In this document: positions 34,377 to 47,760 of the stretch, piece by piece | Position numbering within the stretch: position 1 is the first letter of the stretch | Layout of the letters: every line of letters begins with the position of its first letter | NCBI RefSeq assembly: GCF_902713615.1 | Contig: NW_024055744.1 | Span: 470,593-534,592, forward strand | Direction of reading: 5' to 3' | Origin: Scyliorhinus canicula | Lineage: Eukaryota | Length of the DNA stretch: 64,000 bases | Made by a program: the position numbers and the translations under genes | Notes under the pieces: model-generated | What the model was told of the DNA's origin: nothing | Database searches by the model: none | The model's input: only the letters and a program-made list of their open reading frames with translations

Positions 34377-34710
34377 TCATAGAATTTACAGTGCAGAAGG
34401 AGGCCATTCGGCCCATCGAGTCTGCACCGGCTCTTGGAAAGAGCACCCCACCCAAGGTCAACACCTCCCCCCTATCCCATAACCCAACCCAACACTAAGG
34501 GCAATTTTGGACACTAAGGGCAATTTATCATGGCCAATCCACCTAACCTGCACATCTTTGGACTGTGGGATGAAACCTGAGCACCCGGATGAAACCCATG
34601 CACACACGGGAGGATGTGCAGACTCCGCACAAACAGTGATCCAAACCAGAATCGAACCTGGGACCCTGGAGTTGTGAAGCTATTGTGCTATCCACAACGC
34701 TACCATCACT
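34377..34710 (-). mobile_element. HE1-type SINE (unit A specific)
   Basis: CATAGAATTTACAGTGCAGAAGGAGGCCATTCGGCCC... reverse tail and core; absent at the equivalent site in unit B. Confidence 0.85.
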
Positions 34711-37664
34711 TTGCAATGTCTTCATGCGTCTCGGCCGTAAGCTCTAGTATTCCCTACTCCTATTTACCTCAATTCGCTTAATAAAATCATCCCAAATAAC
34801 CTGCCTCGTCGACCAAGTGTTTAATCATCTGACCTCTTAAGTCTTCACACATATATTAATCCAGACCCTGCAGCAGAAATGACTGTAATAGACCATGCCT
34901 CAGTTTATAATATTCCAGACCCTGAATCATAATCACTGCCCTATATCCTATATCATTTAAGGGCAATCAACCTTTGTATCAGTAATTCTGCACTAGAACC
35001 TGTCTCGGTTTATGCTAGTTGAGACCTTGCATCAGTAATCACTGCACTAGATCCAATCTCAGTAGCACTGTTGCTTCACAGCGCCAGAGTCCCAGTCAGT
35101 GCGGAGTCGGCACGTTCTCACCGTGCCTGCGTAGGTTTCCATTGGGTGCTCCGGTTTCCTCCCACAAGCCCCGAAAGATGTGCAGTTCTGTAATTTGGAC
35201 ATTCTAAATTCTCCGTCTCTGAACCCAAACAGGCGGCGGAATGTGGCGACTGGGATCTTTCACAGTGACTTCATTGCAGTGCTAATGTCAGCTTACTTAT
35301 GACAAAAATATGATTAGATTAGTTTAGGTTAATCTCCACCCCATATGAGTAATAATCGTTTTGGACCTTGGCATGGCGTCATGGAGAGTTAGAGGTTTAT
35401 AATACAGAAATATGCCCTTCACCCACCATATCTGCGATGGCAATCAAGGACCTGTCTATTGTAAGGTAGGCCATAGATGGTGTTCCTACCATAAAACTAT
35501 AAGACACAGAAGCAGAATTCGACGATTAGGCCAATCGAGTGTGTCCACATTCAATCACGACTGTTATGTTTCTAAAAGCCTATCATATCCTGCCTTCTCG
35601 CCGTAACCCCTGATCCCCTTATTAATCAAGAAACTATCTAACTCTGTTAGCCTGGTTAGAAAGAGGGAAAGATCCTTCGGCACTGCCGCATCAAATCCTC
35701 ACCACCCTGTTCAGCTCAGGTTAGACACCGGGTAAATGTTTCTCCACAGTTCTCATTAAACACTACAAGGTAATTGAATGCCCCAACCACATTTTAGAGT
35801 TAAACTCCCTCTATGTATTCCAATTCATTGGATTCGATCCATTTAGTTGGAAGCCAATGGGGTGAGATTGGGCTGAGAGATTATATTCGGCACATGTTGA
35901 CTTCATGTTGCCGATTGAAGGCAAGGACCCATTGTGGAGAGACATGAGACAGAACCAGTTAGGAAAAAGGGACAGATATCAGATACAGGAGAACTAGAAA
36001 ACTCTATGAACACATTTCGCATGTCATTATATTTCGAGATCAGAGGGACACTTTCCTAATTCTGAACATGGATATCATGATGACATTTGTCTCATATAAC
36101 TGATGAAGAAACAAATGTCAAAAACAATCATTACTGGAATCCGTTGATCTATTTGCGTCTTTGCCTCTATTTCTGTGCTGTGTCGGTGGGGAAATAGTTG
36201 TTGTGTTTTTGTCAGTGTATAATTTAATCTGGGACTTCTATTTCTGTGTTTATTTACATAAACACCTCACTGTTACAATGAAGTGTTCGTATCAACAAAA
36301 CAGTCATTTATTGATTAGGTTCAACTCAAAATAGCGGTTTATTTTAAGAATGTTGACAGTTGGTTGAAACGTACAGAAACATCCATTAGAACAGATGTTA
36401 TGTAATTAAAATAAAAAATAAATTTAAATTAAATATTAATTCTGGAAGTTCTGATGCCTCAATTAATAAATAATCTTTAACCAGGCTATTATTCCTCTGA
36501 ATATTAATTTAATTGAAACATTAACCGATTTAAAGGAGATATATTAAAACATCAGGCAGAGGAGTGACCCATAGTCACATTAATCTCAGATCTTTCAACA
36601 TATTACAACCTGCATTTTAAAATGTAAACGTTTGGAAAGAGCTTACTTTTGTAAAACGCTTTACCCGACCTCAGGTCACCCCAACGCTCTGAAAACTCAC
36701 TGATATATTTTTACTGAATTTAGTCACTGCTGTAATGTTGGAAACGGAGCAGGGAATTTGTGCACAGCAAGCTCCCACAAACTGAGATGTAATAAGTGAC
36801 CAGCTAATCTGTGATTTATGTTCAAGAACGGACATTGGTCGAGGATACTGGGAAAAGCATCTCTGCTCTTTAGCATTATGTCATTGAGGTAATCCACCTG
36901 AAATGTGAATCTCTTTCTCTCTCTCTGCTGATGTTCATTGACCTGCTGAGCAGCCTCTTTTTGTTTTTGTTTTAGATTTCCGGAATCTACAGCACTTTGC
37001 ACAGTTTTTAACATTTATTCTTGGAATATGACCCTCACTGACAAAGTCAGCATTAACTGTCCATCCTGAGAAGCCGGATGTGAACCACCATTTGATAAGG
37101 TGCAGTTCGGACGGTTGAATTCACATCTGACTTTCTGTGGCAGCAGACCTTGAACTGATTGGCCTGCTCGGCAATATCAGAGATAGTTAAGCGTCAACGT
37201 CATCACTGCTGAACTAGTCACATATGGACTAGGCAGGGGAAGGAGGGACGATTTATTCTCCTGAAGGACATTGGTGAACCTGCTCGGCTTTGAGAAATTT
37301 CGCTCGCTTCATGAGTATTATGAATGACGCGACAATTTAATTAATTCAATTGAAAGTCCCCCAGCTGCCGTAAACCCAGGGGCTGGTTTAGCTCACTGGG
37401 TTAAATCGCTGGCTTTTAAAGCAGAGCAAGCAGGCTAGCACCACGTTTCGATGCCCGTACCAGCCTCCCCGGCCAGGTGTCGGAGTGTGGCGACTAGGGG
37501 CTTTTCACAGTAACTTCATTGACGCCAAATTATGACAATAAGCGATTTTCATTTTCAAACCATAAGATGTAGGAGCAGAAGGTGGTCATTCGGCCCATGG
37601 AATGTGATCTGCCATTCAATGAGATCGTGGTTGATCTGATAAAATCCTCAACTCCACAAGAGTT

Positions 37665-38270
37665 GAGAACAAGAGTCGGCAGGTCATGTTACAGTTGTAT
37701 AGGACTTTGGTTGGGCCACATTTGGAATACTGCGTGCAGTTCTGGTCGCCACATTACCAGAAGGATGTGGATGCTTTAGAGAGGGTGCAGAGGAGGTTCA
37801 CCAGGATGTTGCCTGGTATGGAGGGTGCTAGCTATGAAGAAAGGTTGAGTAGATTAGGAGTGTTTTCATTGGAAAGACGGAGGTTGAAGGGGGACCTGAT
37901 TGAGGTCTACAATATTATGAGAGGTATGGAGAGGGTGGATAGCAACAAGCTTTTTCCAAGATTGGGGGTGTCAATTACAAGGGGTCACGATTTCAAGGTG
38001 AGAGGGGGAAAGTTTAAGGGAGATGTGCATGGAAAGTTTTTTACGCAGAGGGTGGTAGGTGCCTGGAAAGCTTTGCCAGTGGAGGTGGTAGAGGCGGGCA
38101 CGATAGCATCATTTAAGATGCATCTAGACAGATATATGAAGGGGCGGGGAACAGAGGGAAGTAGACCTTGGAAAATAGGAGATAGGTTTAGATAAAGGAT
38201 CTGAATCGGCACAGGCTGGGAGGGCCGAAGGGCCTGTTCCTGTGCTGTAATTTTCTTTGTTCTTTGTTCT
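37665..38270 (+). mobile_element. CR1 LINE 3' end (unit B specific)
   Basis: ORF 37686-38195 MLQLYRTLVGPHLEYCVQFWSPHYQKDVDALERVQRRFTRMLPGM...; tail GGCCGAAGGGCCTGTTCCTGTGCTGTAA. Confidence 0.92.
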
Positions 38271-38619
38271 TTTGTTCCACCTTTCTGCCTTATCCCCATA
38301 GCCCTGGATTCCCTTACTAATGAAAAATCTGTCTGTCCCAGTCTTGGACATATTTATTAACCCGGCCTCTCCAATTCTCTGCACCAGAGAATCACTCCCC
38401 AGTGAGAGACGAAATCCCGCTCCATCCTCATCTGAAATGAGCGACACCTTACTCTGAGATGGTGCCCTACGGCCCCAGACTCTCCCACAAGCAGAAACAT
38501 CCTCGAGCATCCACACTGTCAAGCTCCTTGAAAATACTACATATCTCAATAAGTTCGCCTCTCATTCTTCTAAATTCCAAAGCGTGTAGGTCTTCCCTAC
38601 GTAAACTCTCCTCATATCA

Positions 38620-38692
38620 GTCTCTGTGGTGCAATTGGTCAACGTTTTTCGCTGCAAACAGATAGGTCTGTGTTTCAAGACTATCCAGGGCC
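38620..38692 (+). pseudogene. tRNA-Asn-derived pseudogene, full length, anticodon loop mutated (unit B)
   Basis: GTCTCTGTGGTGCAATTGGTCAACGTTTTTCGCTGCAAACAGATAGGTCTGTGTTTCAAGACTATCCAGGGCC; paralog of 33063. Confidence 0.75.
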
Positions 38693-39018
38693 GGATTCTT
38701 CTCTATTTGATGACAGGCACAGTAAAGATGGGCCGGAGGAAATCTTTATGTGCTGTGAAATTCCAGCTACCGATGAAAATCCATCCACACCCGAGATTAA
38801 CCTAATGAACCTTCTCTGGACTGCCTCCAAAATATCTATCCTGAGGTAAGGAGACCAAAACTGCTCACATCATTGCAATATGCCCTGGTTGAATTTGTAC
38901 TCGAGTCTCTGAAGTAATAGTTCAGGCCTCCAGATTACCAGTAATAATATTTCGAAACACTCCTCAGATTGTAATATCATCACATCCAAAAGATAGAGTA
39001 AGTGAACATAAAATACTC

Positions 39019-39120
39019 CAGTAAGAAGTCTTACAACACCAGGTTAAAGTCCACTTTAACCTGGTGTTGTAAGACTTCTTACTGTGCTCACCCCAGTCCA
39101 ACGCCGGCATCTCCACATCA
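39019..39120. mobile_element. Penelope-derived ~100-bp hairpin mini-element with target-site duplication
   Basis: Perfect 32-bp inverted arms (39019-39050 / 39053-39084); CATAAAATACTCC repeated on both sides. Confidence 0.85.
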
Positions 39121-39879
39121 TAAAATACTCCTGCATTGGATCACAGGTCTGGATCTGTTGTGAGAGGTGATATTGATTCCACTGAGACAACACTGTTAAT
39201 CTATCATGGTTTTCATTTTGACATTATATTCTCAAATATTGCTCAGTGTATCTAAATTTCTAATTCTGGGTCCCGCCTTACATGGGTCAATTTAAAATTC
39301 AGAGGCTAGTCTTTTATTAGTCTTGTGTTTTATTCTAGTTATAAATTTAGAGTACACAATTATTTTTTTCCAAATCAAGGGGCAATTGTGCGCAGCCAAT
39401 CCACCTAATCTGCACATCTTTGGGGTTTGGGGGTGAAGCCCACGCAGAGACGGGGAGAATGTGCAAACTCCAGGCGGACAGGGACCGAGAGCCGGGATCG
39501 AACCTGGCAGCAGTGCTAACCACTGTGCCACCGTGCTGCCTAATTCGGACACGATGGTATTGGTGAATGGGAATTCCACTGGCTCCATAGAAAATGTCAG
39601 TAATTCCAAAAATAGCATCTGAACACAAGCAAGACGTAAACATATATAGAACTGGGTCTTCCCACTGCATGAGCTGCACGGTCAGAGCGATTGGGAGCTG
39701 GGATTCTTTTCCTTAGAACCGAGCAGTTTTTGGGAGGCGTGGTAAAAATGTTCAAAATTATTAAGGGTTTTGTTTGGTTAATTAGGAAGAAAAGTCATTC
39801 ACTGGCAGGAGGGTCAGAAATCAGAAGACACTAATTTATGAAATATTAATTTCCCCCTCTGATTCTAAACCTATCAAAT

Positions 39880-40250
39880 TGTAACAGGACGAGACAGGGC
39901 GGATGCAGAAAGGATGTGTCCGATGGCGGGGAAGGTAGAACCAGGGGTCACAGTCTCAGGATACGGGGCAAACCATTTAAAACTGAGATGAGGAGTAATA
40001 TCTTCACCCTGAGATTTGTGAATCTGTGGAATTCTATACCACATAACGAACTTGACTCCAAAGTATTGTACGTTTCCAAGGAGGAGTTAGATAAAGTTCT
40101 TGGGGATCAAAACTCTGAAGGGACCAAATACATGGGGGAAAAGTGGGAACAGGTTACTGAAGTGCATGATCAGCCATGATCAGAATGAATAGCAGAGCAG
40201 GCGAAGGGCAGAATGGTCTGCTCCTGCTCTATTTTCTATGTCACTGCATT
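39880..40250 (+). mobile_element. CR1 LINE 3' fragment
   Basis: TRGHSLRIRGKPFKTEMRSNIFTLRFVNLWNSIP. Confidence 0.85.
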
Positions 40251-41619
40251 ACATCAAATCTGTTTCTTCTCATGTTAAATGAGACCCTGTCTTTATTTCT
40301 TTAAAGTAACCCCTGTCACTGTCTATACTACACTGTACTGTTTGTGCTACACTCAATTAATAATACTCGAGAGCATGCATGGGATTATATTACATTAAGT
40401 TCCGCCTCTATTATATACCACAGGAATTTGTATCTTTACATCACACTCGGGCCTGTGTCTGTTGATATTACACCAGACCAACATCCTCTCGATATTATAA
40501 ATTATTGCACATGTTTGCTTGTTTCTCTGAGTACAATTATAGTTGATTTTGAGATTACGTTAATATCTATAAGTAGTTGTATTAAATGCGTATTTGCTCT
40601 GCTATCATGTGGGCAATATTGAGTTGAATATTTTACTAACATCCCAGTGATGAACTGGTCTTGAGAGACAAGTCTACATGTGAACACCGGTATACTGCAA
40701 TTTCCAACATTTAGTGGAAATCTCTGTTTTGTTCGTAATGATTAATTGACTCTTCTGTTATACTCTATCGATTGGAAAGTTTTTTTTCCCGAAGTTGATT
40801 ATTTTCCTGCCTCGATTTATATTAACCAATCACCTGATGCACTGGCAGGGTTAGACAGAACCGTGTTCTCACAGTATCGCCACGATGGTAATGGTCGGCA
40901 CCCAAAGGAGAAATGTCCACCCAATCATATAACACTTAGCTGGTTAAGAAGAGCAACTAAACTCGCTGCAAAAGCGTATTGGCCGTTCGTGCAGGTGTGC
41001 ATGTGAAACATTTTTCTTAATTTTTGCAACTCCAATCGATCAAGACGTATTGCTATCTTCAGAATTATTTGGTTGATTTTGTGATATCTTCATATGTCTC
41101 GGTCCTCAGCTCTGGTATTCATTCCCTACTCCTCGTTACCTCAATTCCCTTATTAAAATCATCCCATAACCGGCCTCATCAACCACGTTTTTAATCATCT
41201 GGCCTAATAACTCTTTACACGTATATTAATCCAGACCCTGACCTGGAATGACTGCAATAGACCCTGCCTCAGTTTATAATATTCTAGATACTGTATGAAT
41301 AATCACTGCTTTAGATCCTATCTCATTTAAGTTAATGAAACTTTGTATCAGTAATTGCTGCACTTGAACCTGTCTCGGTTTATGTTAATCTAGACTCTGT
41401 ATCAGTAATCACTGCACGGATCCAATCTCAATTTAGGTTAATCTACACCCTGTTTTAGTGATCATTGCTTTAAACTCTGTCATAGAGTCATTGAGTCTGA
41501 GAGTTTTATAGTTCTATAGAAAGGTACCCTTCCACGCATGATCTCTCACCGACGGTCATCAAGCACCTATCTATTCTAATATCGTCCATAGATGGTCTTC
41601 CTACCATAAAATCATAAAA

Positions 41620-43800
41620 CATAGAAGCAGAACCCGGCCTTTCAGTCCATCGAGTCTGCTCCGCATTCAATCATGGTTGTTATTTTTCTACTCCCCATTC
41701 TCCTACCATCTCCGCATAATACCTGGTCATTTTGTTAATTAATAACCTGTCTATCTCTATCTTAAAGACACTCAGTGATTTGGCCTCCACAGCCTGCTGC
41801 GGGAATGAGTTCCACAGATTCAAGACCCTCGAGCTGAACAAATTTATCCTCTTCTCAGTTTTGAAGGTGCACCCCTTAAATCTGAGGCTGTACCCTTGGG
41901 TTCTAGTTTCACCTACTAGGACTCTCGCTGCTCTATAAGTTTCAATGAGACCCCATCCCCATCCCCGCCACGTGCCTCCCTCCCCTCACAGCAGCTCATC
42001 TTTCTAAACTCTATCCAGCACAGACCCAGAGTCCTCAACCGCTCCTCATATGACAAGTCCATTATTCCGAGGATCAGTCTTGTGAATCTCCTCTGGGGCT
42101 TCTCGAAGGCCAACACATCCTTTCTTAGAAAAGGCGACAAAAAATGCTCACAATATTCCAAATGGGGTCTGACCAGACCCTGACACAGCCTCAACAGTTA
42201 CATCCCTGCTCTTGTAATCTAGCCCTCGCAACATGAGTGCTAAACTTGCAATTGCCTTCCCAGCTGCCAACTGAACCTGCATGTTAACCTTAAGAGAATC
42301 CTCGACTAGAATTCCTAAGTCCATTTAAGCTTCCGATTTCCTCAGCCCTACCCCAATTAGAAAATACTCTATGTTTCCTCCAAAATGCAGAACCTCACAC
42401 CTTTCTACATTGTATTCCATCTGCCACTTCTTTGCACACTCCCTTAGTCTGAAGAGGTCTTTCTACAGCCTCTCTACTTCCTCAGCACCAATCTGTCCCT
42501 CTATGTATCTGAGCATCATCTGAAAACGTAGCATCAGTGCCCTCAGTTCAAAAGTAATAATAAAAATCTTTATTAGCTTTTACATTACATCAGCCTTTAA
42601 ATGCTTCCGTATCCTCTGGCATCCCATTAATCTTCGCCACATTGTCTGCTTATTCCTTTGCTTTTATGCTGTCCATCACTCCCCCTGTCAACCATGGATG
42701 CCCTGTCCTCCCCTCAGCATGGTTCCTCCTCATTGGGATTAATGTTTGTAGTGCCTCGCGAATAATTCCCCAAAACGTCCTGCCACTGCTGTTCCACTGT
42801 CCCCCTGCTGGGCTCCCTTTCCAATCAACTCCGGTCAGCTCTTCCATTTATCTTTGTAGTTACCTTTATTCAATTGTAATACGGTTACATTTGATTACAG
42901 CTTCTACCTCCCAAACTGCAGGGTAAATTATATCATATTGTGGTTACTGCCCCGTGAAGGTTCATTCACCTTAAGTTCCCTACTCAAGTCTCATTATACA
43001 TCAACAAATGCAGAATTGCCTGTTCCCGACAGGGCCCAATCACAAGCTGCTCCAAAATCTTCTCGTCGATATTCCACAAATTCCATTTCTTGGGATCTGC
43101 TACCAACCTGACTTTCCCTGTCCTGCATATTGAAGTCCCCCATGACTATTGTAATATTGCCTCTATCTCCAGATTTATTTTCTGCCCCACATTCTGATTC
43201 CGACTAGGGCTCTGTACGTAAATCTCCTCAGGTTCTTTTTTTCCTTTGCGATTCGTCAACTCTGCCAAAGGGATTCTATGCCGTCTGACCCGAAATTGCT
43301 TCTTGCTATCGAATTAATTTAAATCATTACTCACAATGCGACACCATTCCCTTTTCCCATCTCCTGTATTTCGATAGGACAGATATCCTTGGATATTTAG
43401 ATCCCAGCCCTGGTCCCCTCGCAGCCACATCTCTGTGATGTCCACAACATCATACCAACAAATTTCAATGTGTGCAATGAGTTAATTTACCTTGTTCGTA
43501 TACTGCGCACATTTAGGTACAACACCCTCAGTTCTGCGTTGACCACCCCTTCGCAACGTTATCCCTCTTTCTGCTGTGCCTGAAGTTGCATACCTGCCAC
43601 TTTCCATACTCCCTATTCTAGGACGTGTTCTGGAAACTTTACTAACCTCCCCTAAGCCCTCGGCCCGTTTTACTCGGTTAATGTCCTGATCATTAACCTG
43701 CATTCTCACCTTCTCTTTTAACTTTGGTTTTCTAATTTTTCATACAACCGGACCCCCCCCCCCCCCAATATTTGGTTTTAATGCATCACTTCTCAACATT
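41620..43800 (-). mobile_element. Old CR1 LINE with internal deletions
   Basis: ORF1 end/endonuclease start near 43300-43700; post-endonuclease HPWLT motif (42650-42847); RT end LVRPHLEYCEHF...RRFTRLI (41916-42194). Confidence 0.8.
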
Positions 43801-43864
43801 GAATTTTATCTGCCACCTATCTGCCTGTGTACATGAAAAAGCCAGTGACCTGCTGCAGCCTAGG

Positions 43865-44350
43865 CTGGACGCATCCTTGTTACAACACCAGGGACGGCGG
43901 GACTGTCATATGAGGAGAGATTGACTATGTTAGAATTGTTCTCGCTGGGGTTCAGAAGAATGAGGGGGGATCTCATCGAGACTTATAAAATTCTAACAGG
44001 ACTAGGCAGGGCAGATGCAGGGAAGATGTTCCCAAATGATGGGTGTGTCCAGAACCAGGGGCCATAGTCTGGGGATTCAGGATTCATTTCGGACAAATAT
44101 GAGGAGACATTTCTTCACCCCAAGAGTGGTGTGGAATTCATTAGCACGGGAAATAGTTGATCCTAAAACATTGAATATATTCAAGAGGCGGCTAGATATA
44201 GCACTTGGGGAGAATGGGATCAAAGGCTATGGGGAGAAAGCAGGATTAGGCCATTGAGTTGGATGATCAGCCATGATCGTGATAAATGGCAGAACAGGCC
44301 CGAAGGGCCAAAAGGTTCCCCCTGCTCCTAACTTGTATGTATCGATGTAC
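43865..44350 (+). mobile_element. CR1 LINE 3' fragment
   Basis: SRTRGHSL...FFTPRVVWNSL...; tail GGCCCGAAGGGCC. Confidence 0.85.
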
Positions 44351-46405
44351 GTAATTCTCTTCCCTGTTTGCTACATTGTCAATTTGGGAGACATCTGCAA
44401 CTTTTCAATTGATATCCTGTGAACCTGAGTCCTGTCTATTAATATATAACAGAAAAATCAGGACTGCTAATATTACCCACTGGAGAATAGCACTCTGTAC
44501 CCCACCCAATCTGAAACAATTGTTAACAACTATCCCTTAGTCACTGTTGTATACATTCTGCTCCTGCCACTTTAATCACATGAGCATAGTTTTGCTCACT
44601 TTTCAAATACGACACAGACATAAAGATATTTGTCCCAGACATTTCCATTCCCTGCGTCCCATCAGAATTCCAAGGACAGGTTTAGTAACGCTCTGCTTGT
44701 CTAAACTATTCTGTCAAATTCAAGCAGGTCAGATGCAGGACGGGGTTGCAGACAGAGCAAAGCTTCCTGCACTCTGAACCAGCAAACACTCTCAGGCCAA
44801 ATGCATCACAGGATCAGATAAAGAATAAAGCTTCCTGAAGCCTGTCCTATTATATACTCCCCTCCCAGGGCACCAACAATAAAGATTTAGTTCCTGAGTA
44901 AACTTCTCTTCACAATCTCTCGTTAAATACTCGAAGGACATGTACAGTGCAGAGCAAAGCCCCCTCCACAACATCCGCCATCTAACATGTGAAGGACAGG
45001 TAAAGCACATGTGAGGAACAGAGTAAAGCTTCCTCTTTGCCGGACCATCAGATACTTGCAGAGCAGGAAAAATGCAGGGTATGTGGAGAGTAAAGTTCCC
45101 CAGACTCCGTCCCATTAATTGGTGTATAAAACAAAGGAATTATTTGTGCAGGATTTTGGTGTGAAAATGTCCACACATGCGCACAAAAACTCAGAAAAAA
45201 ACGGACATATGTCTTAACGTATATAATCTCAACCGTGTAACGGTGAACACCACAGTCGGCCCTACATTTGTTAACATTAATCTTGGGCCGACCCTGCAAT
45301 CGATCCCGTCTCGCTTTGTACGAATGTATACCCTGAATCAGTAATCACTCCATTAGACCTTATCTCCGTTTTCGTTAATCTAAACCCTGCATCAATAATT
45401 ACGGCACTAGAATCTGTCTCACTTTACATTAATCTCGACGGTCTATCAGCAATTAGTGCTCGAGAACCCTGTCTAAATTTACATTACTGAAGACCCCCCC
45501 CCCCCCATTAGAAATCACTGCACTCGACCTTGTCTCGGTTTATATTAATCTAGACCTTGTATCAGGAATTATTGTACTAGACCCGGTTTCAGTTTATATC
45601 TAATATAGGCTTTGTTGCATGACATAGAAACATAGAAGTGTAGAAGTATAGACAATAGGTGAAGAAGTAGGCCGTTCGGCCCCTTGAACTTGCTCTTCCT
45701 ATTCACTCTGAACGTGGCTGATCATCCAACTCAGTAAACTGTTCTCGCTTTCCTTCCATATCCTATGATCCCTATAGCCACAAGAACTATATATAATTCC
45801 TTCCAGTAAACATACAATGTTTTGGCCTCAACTTATTTCTGTGGTAGAGAATTCCACAGGCTCACCATTCTAGGTCAATAAATTTCTCCTCATTTATCTC
45901 CTTAGACTGTGTTCCTGATTCTGGACTCCCCTCCATTGATCATTGCTGCACACCTTGTCTCCGTTATAATGAATATTTACCCTGTAACAGTAACCACTGC
46001 ATTAGAACCCTGCCCCAGTTATTGTGAATCCCGGTCTTTTCAAAGAATCATAGACAGTGCAGAAGGAGGACAGTCGGCCCATCGAGTCTGCACCCGCCCT
46101 CCAAAATGGCACCCCATTGAGGACCCCCCCTCCATCCTATCCCCATGACCCCACCTAACCTTTGCACACTCACGGGAAATCTTTCAGAATGGCCAATCCA
46201 CCTAACCTGCGCATCTTTGGGCTGTGGGAGGAAATTCTCGGTTTCCGCTGCACTGCACTGTCTCCACTTGTATTAATCAAGGCCCTGTTTTAGTAATTCC
46301 GGGACACCGCCGGCTCTGTTTATTTAATATCAGTTTCTGTACCTGTAAGTGATGCGCTTCTCCCTGTTTTAGTTATTACTGTGCGAGACAATACCAATTT
46401 TAATG

Positions 46406-47372
46406 GTGATGTGGAGATTCCGGCGTTGGACTGGGGTGAGCACATTAAGAAGTCTTACAACACCAGGTTAAAGTCCAACAGGTTTGATTCAAACACTAGC
46501 TTACGGAGCACTGCTCCTTCCTCAGGTGAATGAAGAGGGATGTTCCAGAAACACATATATAGACAAATTCAAAGATACCAGACAATGCTAAGAATGCGAG
46601 CATTTGCAGGTAATTAAGTCTTTACAGATCCAGAGATAGGGGTAACCCCAGGTTAAAGAGGTGTGAATTATCTCAAGCCAGGACAGTTATTAGGATTTTG
46701 CAAAGACAGGCCAGATGGTGGGGGTGAATGTAATGCAACATGAATCCCAGGCCCCGGTTGAAGCCACACTCATGTGTGTGGAACTTGGCTATAAGTTTCT
46801 GCTCAGTGATTCTGCCTTGTTGCGGGTCACCTCACAATGCTCCACTTCTCCAGCTTCCACCCTAAACACATTAAAGAAGCCATCCGCTATGGACAAGCCC
46901 TCCATATACACAGGATCTGCTCAGACGAGAAGGAGCGTAACAGACATCTACATACGCTGAAAAATGCCCTCGTACGAACGGGATATAGCGCTCGACTGAT
47001 CAATCGACAGTTCCAATGCGCCACAGCAAAAAAACGCACCGACCTCCTCAGGAGACAAACACGGGACACAACCGACAGAGTACCCTTCGTCGTCCAGTAT
47101 TTTCCGGAGCAGAGAAACTACGACATCTTCTTTGCAGCCTTCAGCACGTCATCTATGAAGATGAACATCTTGCCAAGGTCATCCCCACACCCCCACTACT
47201 TGCCTTTAAGCAACTGCGCAACCTCAAACAAACCATTGTTTGCAGCAAATACCCAGTCTTCAGAACAGCGACCACGACGCCACACAACCCTGCCATGGCA
47301 ATCTCTGCAAGACGTGCCAGATCATCGATATGGATACCACCATTACACGTGAGAACACCACCCACCAGGTAC
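46406..47372. mobile_element. Penelope-like element fragment with internal inversion
   Basis: Plus strand 46830-47372: MLHFSSFHPKHIKEAI.YGQALHIHRICS...VPFVVQYFPGAEKL...PCHGNLCKTC (RT thumb/linker). Minus strand 46826-46406: RITEQKLIAKFHTHECGFNRGLGF (GIY-YIG C-terminus) plus terminal repeat. Confidence 0.85.
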
Positions 47373-47374
47373 AC

Positions 47375-47760
47375 GGTTACACCATCCAGGACAAATCAGT
47401 CGTTTGATTGTTGCCATCCACAAGCTTTACTGTTGGAACTAATGAAGGTTTCATATTCAGCACCCACCCGACCCACGGCTACAACCATCAACAAGGACAA
47501 GAACAGCAGATACTTTGGAACACCATCACCTGGAGGTTCCTCTCCAAGTCACTCAACACTTTGACTTGGAAATATATCGCCGTTCCTTCACTGTGGCTGG
47601 GTGAAAATACTGGATTTCTCTCGCTAAAAGCAGTATGGGTGTAACTGCATATCAGGGACTGCAGCGATTCAAAGTGGCAGCTCACCACCACCTTCTGGCA
47701 ACTTGGAAAGGGCCATAATTGCTGACCCAATCAGTGATGCCATATGAATGAAAAAAAAAT
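47375..47760 (+). mobile_element. CR1/L2-clade LINE 3' tail ending in A-tract at the gap
   Basis: GGACAAGAACAGCAGATACTTTGGAACACCATCACC...GAATGAAAAAAAAA. Confidence 0.75.

Larger units (their letters stand above)
30685..41760 (+). repeat. Old tandem segmental duplication: unit A ~30685-35645, unit B ~35646-41760
   Basis: Collinear unique sequence throughout (31141 vs 36061, 31500 vs 36420, 33200 vs 38760, 34741 vs 41108), roughly 75-85% identity by eye, with copy-specific TE insertions. Confidence 0.9.
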
